NCBI GenBank assembly: GCA_964035545.1
Contig: OZ037771.1
Coordinates: 13,205,133 to 13,269,132 of the forward strand
Origin: Bugula neritina
Taxonomy: Eukaryota > Animalia > Bryozoa
Direction of reading: 5' to 3'
Length of the DNA: 64,000 bases
In this document: positions 63,759 to 64,000 of the stretch, in pieces
Numbering within the stretch: position 1 is the first letter of the stretch
Layout: every line of letters begins with the position of its first letter
Made by a program: the position numbers and the translations under genes
Notes under the pieces: model-generated
Seen by the model: only the letters and a program-made list of their open reading frames with translations
Databases searched by the model: none
Told to the model about the DNA's origin: nothing

Positions 63759-64000
63759 GATCAAATTGGTGAAAACTTTACCAATTAGTTCGGACAGCAT
63801 ATGTTAATTGTGGTCTTTAATTTTAGTAACTACTGCTGAATCTTCCATCATATGGTGACTCATTATTTTACCCTAGTAACAATATTTTTACACAATGTAA
63901 ATTAATCAAATTTTTTGCTTGACTACTGCTACCCAATTTATATTCTCTTTTGCCATGCACATGCAATGCAATGTACTGTCCCTTGCTCTGGGCAGTGTAC

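Overview
AT-rich, intron-rich eukaryotic DNA from an invertebrate-like metazoan; the taxon cannot be fixed from the sequence alone. Four spliced host genes are recognisable: AMDHD2/GlcNAc-6-P deacetylase (+, 43-5110), a FUN14/FUNDC mitochondrial protein (-, 9774-11848), an ADAM metalloprotease-disintegrin (-, 28784-36414) and a TBC1D1/TBC1D4-type PTB-TBC RabGAP (+, 43851-63758). Three or four small orphan genes lie among them. A young, full-length Ty3/Gypsy LTR retrotransposon (-, 20189-27787) has near-identical LTRs, an ATAT target-site duplication (TSD) and a tRNA-Leu primer-binding site. In the env position it carries an intact third ORF encoding a C2H2 zinc-finger/coiled-coil protein instead of an envelope. 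Other mobile DNA: eight copies of a tRNA-derived SINE, two or three MITE families and a LINE 3' fragment. The second striking pattern is that many introns are filled by locus-specific minisatellites, several of which are tandem copies of the adjacent splice donor or acceptor; one intron consists entirely of AG|GT-bounded 30-mers. Exon coordinates were read by eye and may be off by a few bases.
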